Positions 36,604 to 45,553 of a stretch of 64,000 nucleotides of DNA are shown here, in pieces. Source of the stretch: an uncultured Pseudomonadales bacterium (GTDB taxonomy: Bacteria; Patescibacteriota; Microgenomatia; UBA1400; UBA12028); NCBI GenBank assembly GCA_964509365.1, contig CAZDWN010000001.1, positions 80,143 to 144,142 of the forward strand. The letters run 5' to 3'. The number at the start of each line of letters is the position of its first letter. Positions within the stretch are counted from its first letter, which is position 1. The notes under the pieces were generated by a model. It was not told the origin of the DNA and made no database searches. It worked only from the letters and a program-made list of their open reading frames with translations. The position numbers and the translations under genes were made by a program.

Positions 36604-37389
36604 ATGACACAAGATGAGCTCTATACTTCACTTGCGACTGCGTACAAGAAAGAAACCGACCAAGATTTTCCGACAAATAAGATCCGTTTTTTTATGGATT
36701 ATTTGTGGAATGCAAGCTTGAATAAACCGCTCACCGAAGAGCAAAAAGTCTCGCTCAAAAGTTTGATTGATTTACTCAATTCGCTGGATGATCATAAACT
36801 TTCCCCTGTCCGCGATATCATCGGGACGCTCAATACGCAGCTAGGCCCCTTGCTCACGACGTACCCTAGTCTGGGACATACCTTTACGTTCGTGGTGACG
36901 ACACTCCTCCCTGCATATCAAAAATATTTGACGAGTTTGGAAAATCAAGTGAAAGAAGCGCATGCATTTACCAAAGAAGAAGTGCTGTTGTATTACGATA
37001 TGACGCTCGTCGATCATGCCGTCCTCTCACACGTGTTTGAGAGTGAGCCATCGCTCAATTTGGTGGAAGTGATCACAGCGATCAAGACGGTGATCGTGGT
37101 GAATGCCTTGACTCATGACTACTTACAAGATGCGATGGGGCGATCAATTTCACTGTTTACCTTTTTGCAGCGTGGTGGACTCGCCAAAGACAAATGTAAA
37201 GAGTTTTACCAAGAGTTAGTGGCCAGTTTGATCGTCACGATGAAAGAGTCAGTGAGCAATAAGAATGTCGAGACTGCAGTAGAGAAGTTGTGCCAAGAGC
37301 TCGGGAAATTGACCGACCAGCCGACACCTGAGGTCGCCGCTCCAGCCGAACCTGCCACTGCGCCAACTGATGCAACACCTGCAAACTAA
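36604..37389 (+). CDS. hypothetical acidic protein
   Basis: start moved to the ATG preceded by a ggag SD; the track start 36550 overlaps the upstream gene. Confidence 0.45.
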   Translation: MTQDELYTSLATAYKKETDQDFPTNKIRFFMDYLWNASLNKPLTEEQKVSLKSLIDLLNSLDDHKLSPVRDIIGTLNTQLGPLLTTYPSLGHTFTFVVTTLLPAYQKYLTSLENQVKEAHAFTKEEVLLYYDMTLVDHAVLSHVFESEPSLNLVEVITAIKTVIVVNALTHDYLQDAMGRSISLFTFLQRGGLAKDKCKEFYQELVASLIVTMKESVSNKNVETAVEKLCQELGKLTDQPTPEVAAPAEPATAPTDATPAN

Positions 37390-37424
37390 AAAGGGACGCA
37401 ATTTCTTGCATCCCTTTTTTTTTC
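37388..37424. terminator. bidirectional terminator agggacgcaa-tttc-ttgcatccct plus T9
   Basis: between the convergent 36604-37389 (+) and tsf (-). Confidence 0.55.
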
Positions 37425-37434
37425 AATGTATGTT

Positions 37435-37466
37435 CTGATCAGCTGATCTCCTGATCACCTGGTCTT
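37435..37466. repeat. GATC-rich octamer tandem repeat
   Basis: ctgatcagctgatctcctgatcacctggtc. Confidence 0.5.
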
Positions 37467-37917
37467 ACACTGTCATTCTGACAATTTGCTTGACGACGAT
37501 ATTCTCGCCGACTTTTCCAGCCGTCTCTTTGATGAGATCAGTGATCGATTTCTTCGGATCACGAATATATGGCTGTTTGAGGAATTCCTCGACATTTTCT
37601 GGACTCATACTGGCGACTTGCATTGCAAGTTCGCGCGATAAGTTCTTAAAGTCTTCAGTGCGAGCGACGAAATCGGTCTCGCAAGCGAGCGCCACCATAC
37701 CAGCGACTTTCCCCGTGGTGTGCACATAGGATCCGACGACTCCTTCGCCAGTTTCGCGGTCAGATTTCTTTTCAGCGATCTTGACTGCTTTTTCTTTGAT
37801 CCACTTTCGTGCTTTATCGAGATCTCCGTTACTCTCTTCCAGAGCTTTGCGGACATCCATGACACCAGCGCCAGTCTCTTCGCGAAGTTTCTTCAGTTGT
37901 TCAATATCTATTGCCAT
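37465..37917 (-). CDS. tsf: elongation factor Ts (short form)
   Basis: N-terminal UBA-like segment LREETGAGVMDVRKALEESNGD; 150 aa. Confidence 0.8.
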   Translation of the reverse strand: MAIDIEQLKKLREETGAGVMDVRKALEESNGDLDKARKWIKEKAVKIAEKKSDRETGEGVVGSYVHTTGKVAGMVALACETDFVARTEDFKNLSRELAMQVASMSPENVEEFLKQPYIRDPKKSITDLIKETAGKVGENIVVKQIVRMTV

Positions 37918-37964
37918 AACAAAAATCCTTTCTTTGTACAGACGTAGCGTGCTACGTCTCTACC

Positions 37965-38708
37965 TTATGCTGCTTTTGCAACCTCTGGTTTCTTTTCTTC
38001 CTGACTCTTACTCAATGCTCTTCCTTGCTTGTATGCACCTGCGAGGGCTTCGACGAGCACTTTGATACTGCCGACCGCATCGTCATTTGCAGGGATAGCG
38101 ATCTTCACGAGATCTGGATCCGTGTTACTGTCAGCGATTGCCAAGACTGGGACGTCTTTGACCAATGCTTCTTTGACAGCGACGAGATCGGTGTTGATGT
38201 CAGCCACGACCAACATATCTGGGATACGTTTCAGTGTCGCGACGCCACCAAAGAATCGTTCGAGTTTGGTGATATCTTTATCGATTTGGACTTGTTCGTA
38301 CTTGGTGTATTTGGTGAATTTGCCTTCTTCGCGGTCTTTCTTCATCTGGTTGAGCTTGGTGATCGATTTCCCGACTTGCTCCCAGTTGGTGATGAGTCCA
38401 CCGAGCCAACGAGTGGTGATAAACATCGCGCCAGCATCGATTGCGGCGGCTTTGACGATCTCTTGAGCTTGGCGTTTGGTACCGACAAAGACGACGACTT
38501 TGCCCAATTTTCCTGCCTCATGCAGTTCTTGGCATGCTGCCTCGAGCTGACTTGCCGTTTTGGCGAGGTCAAAGATATGGACGCCGTCACGCTCTGCGTA
38601 GATGAATTGCTTCATCTTAGGGTTCCAGCGGCGGATTTGGTGGCCAAAATGGCTACCTGCCTCAAGTAATGATTCAAGACTCACGGAAAAACTTGGTGTG
38701 TTTGCCAT
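37965..38708 (-). CDS. rpsB: 30S ribosomal protein S2
   Basis: LLEAGSHFGHQIRRWNPKM signature; start revised to Met17 of the listed ORF (ATG at 38708) behind an aaaggag SD. Confidence 0.9.
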   Translation of the reverse strand: MANTPSFSVSLESLLEAGSHFGHQIRRWNPKMKQFIYAERDGVHIFDLAKTASQLEAACQELHEAGKLGKVVVFVGTKRQAQEIVKAAAIDAGAMFITTRWLGGLITNWEQVGKSITKLNQMKKDREEGKFTKYTKYEQVQIDKDITKLERFFGGVATLKRIPDMLVVADINTDLVAVKEALVKDVPVLAIADSNTDPDLVKIAIPANDDAVGSIKVLVEALAGAYKQGRALSKSQEEKKPEVAKAA

Positions 38709-38730
38709 AGTGAGATCTCCTTTCTGCCTC

Positions 38731-38813
38731 CCCGTTTGCGCTTGTAAGTAGTTCAAGGAGATACTACAAACGGGTGTGTGTTTAAAATACTAGAGGTAGT
38801 ATACCACACACCC
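38731..38813 (-). promoter_or_regulatory. structured rpsB 5' leader (two long stem-loops)
   Basis: stems cccgtttg/caaacggg (38731-38774) and gggtgtgtg/cacacaccc (38772-38813), 23 nt upstream of the rpsB start. Confidence 0.3.
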
Positions 38814-38829
38814 GGGTAGAATTCAGGCA

Positions 38830-39987
38830 TTAGACTGATTGGGTCTGCTTCAGTTCGTCATGCAGGACAGCCTGGAGTTCGTCGTGAGTGATGATTTTTA
38901 CAAGTTTTTGCGATTTCTCATGGAGGGCGCGATATCGCGGTTCGAGATCCTCATCTGACTCCCCATCCACTTTATTGAGGATTCCGTCGATAAACTTGGG
39001 TACAAGCGTGAGAGTCTGAGTCGAGAGTTTTGCTTTTTTTTCGCTCTTTTCGCGCTCTGCTTTCAATATCTCCTCCCCCAGCTTCACTCCAGCTTGAGTG
39101 CGAAATTCTTTTAACGTAGGATATTTTTGCAAAAATTCGAGCAACCAGGCAGTACGACCACTCTCGCCAATGACCACCATGTCTCTATTTTGAATAAAAT
39201 TACGCTCTACTTCCTCGACGGTAATTCCTCCGCCATTATAGACCGCGGCCATACTTCTGGCCTTTTCACCACGAGACTTCTGTTGTAATGCCTCGGCAAC
39301 TTTAAAGAATACTTCAGTTTCGTCTCCAAAGTTGTCTCCTTCGACGAGAACTGAGTGTGTATGGTTGGGCTCGATCACTTCCATATCAGCAGGCTTCTTG
39401 TCCTTCTCGCCTTTCCATACTTGTGCAGATGGTGAGATACCGACGAGCGCTACGTCGATTTTTTCTTTGAGGAGTTGCTCTCGGACTTTTCCAGCAATTT
39501 GGATGATTCCTGAATCAGTACCACCGGTGACCATCACCGGGCGCTTTCCTTCTTGTACTACTTCCTTCAGTTGAGAGCAGAAAGCGTCCACCAGTTTTTG
39601 CTGTTCACCACCCTCGGACTTATCCATGAAGCCAGCACCCCCGTTGAACAGGAGTACAAAGTCAAACGGCGACGCTTGGGTTTGCGTATCGTAGAGTTTG
39701 AGATCTGCGAGCATCTTCTGGACAGCCGATGTATCAGCATTCTTGGGAATCTCTGCGGTCTGTAAACCTGCTTTATCAAGATTAACGACAGGCACTTCGA
39801 CCATCGCAGTACCAGGCTTCTCTTGTGTTTCTTCTACTGCCATCTCTCGCTTCACGGTGGTGGGCCATTCTCCTCGTATCCTGGCCATATTGATGTTATC
39901 TTCCGCACGTAGCGGATTCATCTTTCCATTCATGCTTTCTTTCATAGTGGTTACCCACTCGGTGATCTTATCCATATGTGCCTCCAA
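38830..39987 (-). CDS. Rossmann-fold LOG/SLOG-like protein with N- and C-terminal extensions
   Basis: VMVTGGTDSGIIQIAG and AAVYNGGGITVEEVE resemble the LOG-family glycine motifs; weak assignment. Confidence 0.35.
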   Translation of the reverse strand: MEAHMDKITEWVTTMKESMNGKMNPLRAEDNINMARIRGEWPTTVKREMAVEETQEKPGTAMVEVPVVNLDKAGLQTAEIPKNADTSAVQKMLADLKLYDTQTQASPFDFVLLFNGGAGFMDKSEGGEQQKLVDAFCSQLKEVVQEGKRPVMVTGGTDSGIIQIAGKVREQLLKEKIDVALVGISPSAQVWKGEKDKKPADMEVIEPNHTHSVLVEGDNFGDETEVFFKVAEALQQKSRGEKARSMAAVYNGGGITVEEVERNFIQNRDMVVIGESGRTAWLLEFLQKYPTLKEFRTQAGVKLGEEILKAEREKSEKKAKLSTQTLTLVPKFIDGILNKVDGESDEDLEPRYRALHEKSQKLVKIITHDELQAVLHDELKQTQSV

Positions 39988-40234
39988 AAAGCGTACGAAT
40001 TTATTAATCCTAGCATTTATCTGGGGGTAGATACAAAAAAACCAGCCGAAAGGATCCTTTCCTTCTCTGGCCGGTCGTAATTACGGGTATCTAAAAAATG
40101 CGAAGTGCCACTGATTTTTAAGATGATACCCGTCAAGGCGTTGTTGAGAACAGAGGTAGTATAGCATGCGAAGATAGTACAAGAGCCGCTTGTGAGGCGG
40201 CTCTATGTGTACATGTGTTACTACTTCAAATTTT

Positions 40235-41563
40235 TTAACCCTCGGCGGTGGGCTCTACCGTTTGATCGACTGACTCAAGGAACCATTTTCCTTGGATTCC
40301 TTCTGCACTCCAACCAGTTACTCCCAAATAAGTGATCTGGTACCAGTATTTACCACTATGGCATTTCGGACCACCAATGATGGTGACCGATTCGCCATTG
40401 GCTATGCTGCCAAGCTTGGCAGCATCAGAGCCTGGCAAAGCGCGAATAGCCAGAGGCTCACCATCCGGAGTTGACCTCGCTGCAGTCAATCCAAAAAGTC
40501 GTGATGGAGGAGCACCGACACAGGGGACGATAGTCCCAATTGCCGATGGAGTCCCTGCCGCTGCCGCACTGACCGTTGTCGGAGTTGCGGTTGGCGTAGC
40601 CGTTGTAGTGACGACAACTTTCGCGAAGACCATAGGTACCCATGCATTTGACGCGCCTATGTTTATCTCGTACCAGCCATCTTTTTGGCCGACGTACGTG
40701 AATGTGGCACCTTTTGCCACCACCTGTATCGGCGATACTTCCGCCGATGGCTCAGAGAACACTTGCGTGTCTTTTAGAACCACAATTTTCTGTGGCAGCT
40801 CAGTAGCGACGAGGCCTGGAGTGAGTGTGAGAGCTGGCGTCGCAGTTGCTGCGCCCCCATTCAGCGATGAGCAATCAGGGTGCAATTCAATTACGGGCGT
40901 CCCGTCTTCAAGCAAAGAGAACTTTCCCTTCAGCCATCCTGCATGTGCGTCATCTTTGACGCTGTACCACAACGTCCCGTCACAGTCCGTCGTCTGACCG
41001 AGGTACACAAAAACTGTGCCCTTTGGCGCAACTTCGATAACCGGTGCAAACGGACTCGGGAGAGTCCGCAAGTTCAGGTTTGTTGTATTCACTTGCACTT
41101 TCTTCCCAGATGGATCACCGGCTGATTGCACGGTCGCACTCGAAGTTTGGGCCGGAGGTGCGACAGTTGGTAGGACAGTCTGGCCAATTGGATCGATGTG
41201 GTACTTTTGAGAGAACTTCTCAAAGTCAAACAAATCGTCATCTGCTGAGACGCGGACTTCGATGTCCACATCACCTGTGACGGTCAAGACGACAGACCCC
41301 GTTACCTCAGACTTTCCCTGATCCGCTCCGATGAGCGTGGAAAAGCCTGAAATCTGAACTGGGCCAACCTTTTTCCCATCATCGCAATGCACCGTGGTCT
41401 TGAAAACCACGGTCTGCCCTACGACACCCGACGTCGGATCAGCCGTTAGGCTATCGACGTGACAAGCACCACTAGCCAATGCACTACCAAATGAGTAAAA
41501 GAACAAAAACAGTCCCGCGAACATGAACCCAAGGCCAAGTAACCACTTCACTCTATTAGACAT
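40235..41563 (-). CDS. secreted protein with SH3b-like repeats
   Basis: N-terminal TM/signal; segments GTLWYSVKDDAHAGWLKGKF and KYWYQITYLGVTGWSAEG. Confidence 0.5.
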   Translation of the reverse strand: MSNRVKWLLGLGFMFAGLFLFFYSFGSALASGACHVDSLTADPTSGVVGQTVVFKTTVHCDDGKKVGPVQISGFSTLIGADQGKSEVTGSVVLTVTGDVDIEVRVSADDDLFDFEKFSQKYHIDPIGQTVLPTVAPPAQTSSATVQSAGDPSGKKVQVNTTNLNLRTLPSPFAPVIEVAPKGTVFVYLGQTTDCDGTLWYSVKDDAHAGWLKGKFSLLEDGTPVIELHPDCSSLNGGAATATPALTLTPGLVATELPQKIVVLKDTQVFSEPSAEVSPIQVVAKGATFTYVGQKDGWYEINIGASNAWVPMVFAKVVVTTTATPTATPTTVSAAAAGTPSAIGTIVPCVGAPPSRLFGLTAARSTPDGEPLAIRALPGSDAAKLGSIANGESVTIIGGPKCHSGKYWYQITYLGVTGWSAEGIQGKWFLESVDQTVEPTAEG

Positions 41564-41618
41564 TTTTCACCTCCTCAGGTGAATAATTAGCTCCCAGAAC
41601 GGTTTAAAATTTGATTTT

Positions 41619-41665
41619 CTGGGCAACAGCGTACCCACCACCAGATGTGGCACGCTGTTACCCAG
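41619..41665 (-). promoter_or_regulatory. long inverted repeat in the 5' leader of the 40235-41563 gene
   Basis: arms ctgggcaacagcgt and acgctgttacccag (13 of 14 bp) around a 19-nt loop. Confidence 0.3.
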
Positions 41666-41788
41666 AGTAGTATTCACATGTTAAAGAGCTTGTACTCGAG
41701 GGCTCCAAGCGATCCGTACTGGATCAAAGGAGATCAAGAGACAAGCGAAGATTATATCCTAAAACAGGTGAAAAAGCCAGTTATAGGC

Positions 41789-42448
41789 CTATTTAGAGAG
41801 CCTGGTTAGGCCGTATTCAGAGGTGATCCATCCGAGAGTAGATTCGTTGATTCGTATCTGGTACCAGCCATTGGAGATGACATCGGCAAATGAGATGTAC
41901 CACCCGCTTGGCAAGACGCCGATTTGTGTGGACTGTAAGCTTGCGCCGTTGCGGATTCGCACATTGATTCCAGGGATGATTGCCTGGACGCTGGCGGCCG
42001 CAGTTTGGAGTTTTGACCCCATGATTGGAGCCGACGGGACTCGAGAAGACCTTTGAGCAGACACGGTGTTTGAGGTGCGAGCGACTGCATTCCCATTGAC
42101 TACATACGTCAGCGTCTCGCTAGTAGGGAGCATTCCGTTTGGATCATCTTTCGAGACGACACGCACAGTGACCGTATAGGTTCCAGGTCCAAAGGTAAAT
42201 CCATTGGTATCCCAGATTCCTTCCGAGATGACCGAGGAACGCACGACGTACGACACTGACGCTACTTCTGAAGGACATGAGGTATCGGCAGTAAATCGGA
42301 CACTGGTCCCTGCCGCTACTGGTGAGGCTGGACTCCCCCGAAAATTGGAGATCGTGCAGTCACCCATTGCAAACGCCTGCTTTGGACTTCGAAGAGTACC
42401 GAAGAGGACAGAGATGATGACGATGGCACAAACGATTGGCTTTTTCAT
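41789..42448 (-). CDS. secreted SH3b-domain protein
   Basis: signal peptide; NGWYQIRINESTLGWITSEYG SH3b-type C terminus. Confidence 0.5.
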   Translation of the reverse strand: MKKPIVCAIVIISVLFGTLRSPKQAFAMGDCTISNFRGSPASPVAAGTSVRFTADTSCPSEVASVSYVVRSSVISEGIWDTNGFTFGPGTYTVTVRVVSKDDPNGMLPTSETLTYVVNGNAVARTSNTVSAQRSSRVPSAPIMGSKLQTAAASVQAIIPGINVRIRNGASLQSTQIGVLPSGWYISFADVISNGWYQIRINESTLGWITSEYGLTRLSK

Positions 42449-43029
42449 TGAGCCTGTATTCTACCTCAAAACTGCTCAAAAAGCTAGTTATAGGCTCATC
42501 AATTGAATGTTTTCGAAGACTATTTGCGACTAGTGTGAATATGAGAGTTTTCTTCGGGACGTCAATTCGAGTTGTGAATCTTTTTATTTGGTGGGTGCCA
42601 ACAATATTGATGCTCACTTTTTCAATCTTTCAGTTTCTCAACATTGAGACAACTTTCGCAGAAAAAATATTGATCGTTCCTCTAACGTTGGTATTGTTTG
42701 TAATGGGATACACGTTTTTCTTCATCGTAAGCTTTGTCTACTGGTTTCCTCTGGCGCTATTCATGAGACTGCATCCTGAGGTAGATGATCTTCAAAATTG
42801 GAAGCAAGGGTTGCTTCTTACCTCGAACTTGCTGATTTGTGCCATTTTTATACTCATGAGCTTTTGGTGCAGTCTTGATTATTCCTGTTACAGTGAAGGA
42901 TCACTCTCAAGCGGTGGTGGAGTCATCACGTGGTTTTTCCTCTCACTTCTTTTTGTGACTAGACCGTTTATTCTCTTTTTTGATTTTCCAAAGGCTTCAC
43001 CACCCGCGGAGCGCGCGGAGGAAAAATAG
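42436..43029 (+). CDS. hypothetical polytopic membrane protein
   Basis: 197 aa with four or more hydrophobic helices. Confidence 0.4.
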   Translation: MAFSLSLYSTSKLLKKLVIGSSIECFRRLFATSVNMRVFFGTSIRVVNLFIWWVPTILMLTFSIFQFLNIETTFAEKILIVPLTLVLFVMGYTFFFIVSFVYWFPLALFMRLHPEVDDLQNWKQGLLLTSNLLICAIFILMSFWCSLDYSCYSEGSLSSGGGVITWFFLSLLFVTRPFILFFDFPKASPPAERAEEK

Positions 43030-43332
43030 GAGGACTTTTTTGAAGCCATGGGCGCGCTGATAGCTTTGCCAGGAGCGGTGCTTTTTCTCGTCAAAAGTTC
43101 CAGGGAACGGAGGATTGCACCAGGCGGAGATGACGATATGCTTGCCACCATCTTTCTTGACGATGAGTGTCACCAGTCTCCCGCTGACCATTTTGCGATA
43201 CTCGCTCGTGCCGTACTCTTTGCCACTGTACGACTCATCTGGATGATAAAACGCCTGCGTCGCTATAAACTCTGGCAGACGACGTTCTTTCATTCGGTCC
43301 CGTGCATGATTCGTAAAAATAAGCTGTGCCAT
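42997..43332 (-). CDS. DUF4258-family toxin-like protein
   Basis: HARDRMKERRLPEF motif characteristic of DUF4258, then the typical K..G...IV..W pattern. Confidence 0.55.
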   Translation of the reverse strand: MAQLIFTNHARDRMKERRLPEFIATQAFYHPDESYSGKEYGTSEYRKMVSGRLVTLIVKKDGGKHIVISAWCNPPFPGTFDEKKHRSWQSYQRAHGFKKVLLFFLRALRGW

Positions 43333-43344
43333 ATCTTAATTGTA

Positions 43345-43385
43345 CTGATCTCCTGATCGCCTTGTCCACTGATCGCCTCGTCTGC
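43345..43385. repeat. GATC-rich octamer tandem repeat in a divergent promoter region
   Basis: ctgatctcctgatcgccttgtccactgatcgcctcgtctgc. Confidence 0.5.
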
Positions 43386-43395
43386 TGTATACTTT

Positions 43396-45543
43396 ATGAA
43401 GATGAGTACCCCATTGACCACTACCTTTGAGATACGCACGCCACGCAATAGCGAGTTGACGCCTGAGTCAGCTGGCCATTTTTTTGCTACACTTCCAAAT
43501 CCACCGACGGGTGTATTCAACTGGTTTGCCAAAGCGCCATCGATCACTGTGGAGTTCTTAAGCCAAGGACAGACAGTGTTCACTTTGCTCACCGTCCCGA
43601 CGGATCATGAAGAGTACTTCGTGACGCAATTGTCAGCAGCCTACCCGCAAGTGCGCATAAAAAAGCTGGAGCACAATCCTCTCGATGCTTTTTCACTCAC
43701 CGCTCCGATCGAAGTCGGACGTCTGCGATTATCCTCAGGTACCTATCTCCCGATCAAGACCTATAGAGAGACTGCCCCAAATGATCCACTGACCAATATA
43801 TTCTCTACTCTTGCGAAGCTTGGCGAAAATGAGCAAGCGATGATCCAGTTTGAGATTCACAAAGCGACCGAGCATTGGAAGCACGGAGGTCACAAAGCTG
43901 CCGAGGGACATATCTCAAATGGCGTCGCCGTTCCCCACCCTCAAAAAGCGCAGATTGAGACGAAGCTCTCCCAATCGTCATTTGGTGTCTGTATTTCGAT
44001 CGTGGCACAAGCGCAGACGCAGGAGCGCAGCAATCAAATCTTGCGGTCATTGCAATCAGCATGCACGAGTGTCGATCTTCCGTATCAATCGCTGCGACTC
44101 ACGCAGCCACTGTTGAGAAAGACTCGATTTGCTGAGCAGATTCTCCATCGAACGGTGCCCTACTCCCATCAATATTTGAGTACCGATGAGTTGGCGACGC
44201 TGGTACATTTGCCAAATAAGAACTTCTCAGCGATCAACAACATTGCTTGGGGCAAGACACTTCAGGGAGAGCCACCAGAAAATCTTCCGACATTTGGGAG
44301 TTTATCCGAAGAAGAGCGTGCGAACGTCAATTTATTTGGCCGAGTGCAGTTCAAGAACCAAGATCAAATATTCGGGATCAAGCGCGAAGACCGCAGGCGA
44401 CACATGTATGTCTTGGGGAAAAGTGGGACCGGAAAATCGACACTCCTGGCAAACATGATCATCAGCGACCTAAAGCACAATGAAGGGATTGCGGTCATCG
44501 ATCCACATGGTGATTTGATCGAGACGGTGCTCGAGTACATTCCCAAACACCGCATCAATGATGTCATTCTCTTGGATCCAGCTGATCCTGAAGCAGTCGT
44601 AAAGATGAACTTATTTGAAGGTGGCTCGATGGTGCATCGAGAGTTGATCGCGTCAGGGATCGTCTCCATTTTCCAAAAGATGTATGCGCACTCCTGGGGA
44701 CCTCGGTTGGAGTACATCTTGCGAAACACCCTGCTGACTCTCCTCTCTGAGCAAGCCAAGCTTGATGATATCTTGCACATGCTGACTGATGACAAGTTCC
44801 GGGCAAAAGTCGTGGATCGCCTGCAGGATCCGGTGCTCAAAAACTTTTGGGTGACAGAATTTAATACCATGACTGAAAAGCAACGTATTGAGGCGATCTC
44901 CCCGATTCTCAATAAGGTCGGTCAATTTGTGACGTCTCCATTGGTGAGTGGCGTGGTCAATGCGAAGACCAGTTCATTTAACATCGAAGAAGTGATGGAT
45001 CAAGGCAAGATCTTATTGGTAAATGTATCGCAAGGCAAACTGGGTGAGGATAATGCGTCACTGTTGGGTGCGATGCTTATCACCAAGATCCAGCTCGCTG
45101 CGATGAATCGCGTCTATAAGAGCGAAGAGAGCCGACGAGATTTTTACCTCTATATCGACGAGTTCCAAAATTTTGCCACGACCAGTTTCGTAAAGATTTT
45201 ATCTGAAGCGAGAAAATATCGGCTCAATCTCACGCTCGCAAATCAGTATATGGATCAGATTCCAGAGGAAGTGAAAGCCGCGATCTTTGGCAATGCCGGG
45301 ACGATATGTAGCTTTATCTTAGGTGCCAGTGATGCTGACGCCATGATGAAAGAATTTGGTCAAAAGTACACGCAAGAGGATTTAGTATCGCTTGAGCGCT
45401 ATCAGATCATCACCAAGCTCATGATCGACAACCAGATGAGTCAGCCATTCCCTGCGGCGACCTTGTCGCTCTCCAATTCCAAAAATCAAAACAAAGATAA
45501 AGTCCTTCGCTCCTCTCGCGAACGATATGCGCGGAAGAAATAG
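43396..45543 (+). CDS. TraD/VirD4/HerA-like P-loop ATPase with a ~330-aa N-terminal domain of unknown function
   Basis: Walker A LGKSGTGKST and Walker B FYLYIDEFQNF; C-terminal TraD/TraG-like hallmarks. Confidence 0.6.
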   Translation: MKMSTPLTTTFEIRTPRNSELTPESAGHFFATLPNPPTGVFNWFAKAPSITVEFLSQGQTVFTLLTVPTDHEEYFVTQLSAAYPQVRIKKLEHNPLDAFSLTAPIEVGRLRLSSGTYLPIKTYRETAPNDPLTNIFSTLAKLGENEQAMIQFEIHKATEHWKHGGHKAAEGHISNGVAVPHPQKAQIETKLSQSSFGVCISIVAQAQTQERSNQILRSLQSACTSVDLPYQSLRLTQPLLRKTRFAEQILHRTVPYSHQYLSTDELATLVHLPNKNFSAINNIAWGKTLQGEPPENLPTFGSLSEEERANVNLFGRVQFKNQDQIFGIKREDRRRHMYVLGKSGTGKSTLLANMIISDLKHNEGIAVIDPHGDLIETVLEYIPKHRINDVILLDPADPEAVVKMNLFEGGSMVHRELIASGIVSIFQKMYAHSWGPRLEYILRNTLLTLLSEQAKLDDILHMLTDDKFRAKVVDRLQDPVLKNFWVTEFNTMTEKQRIEAISPILNKVGQFVTSPLVSGVVNAKTSSFNIEEVMDQGKILLVNVSQGKLGEDNASLLGAMLITKIQLAAMNRVYKSEESRRDFYLYIDEFQNFATTSFVKILSEARKYRLNLTLANQYMDQIPEEVKAAIFGNAGTICSFILGASDADAMMKEFGQKYTQEDLVSLERYQIITKLMIDNQMSQPFPAATLSLSNSKNQNKDKVLRSSRERYARKK

Positions 45544-45553
45544 CTCACTTTTT

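Noticed and set aside
40182-40204. Hairpin agagccgc-ttgtgag-gcggctct 30 nt downstream of the 40235-41563 gene, a possible terminator
   Set aside because: A good 8-bp stem but no adjoining T-run on the minus strand, so it is kept as uncertain and not called.
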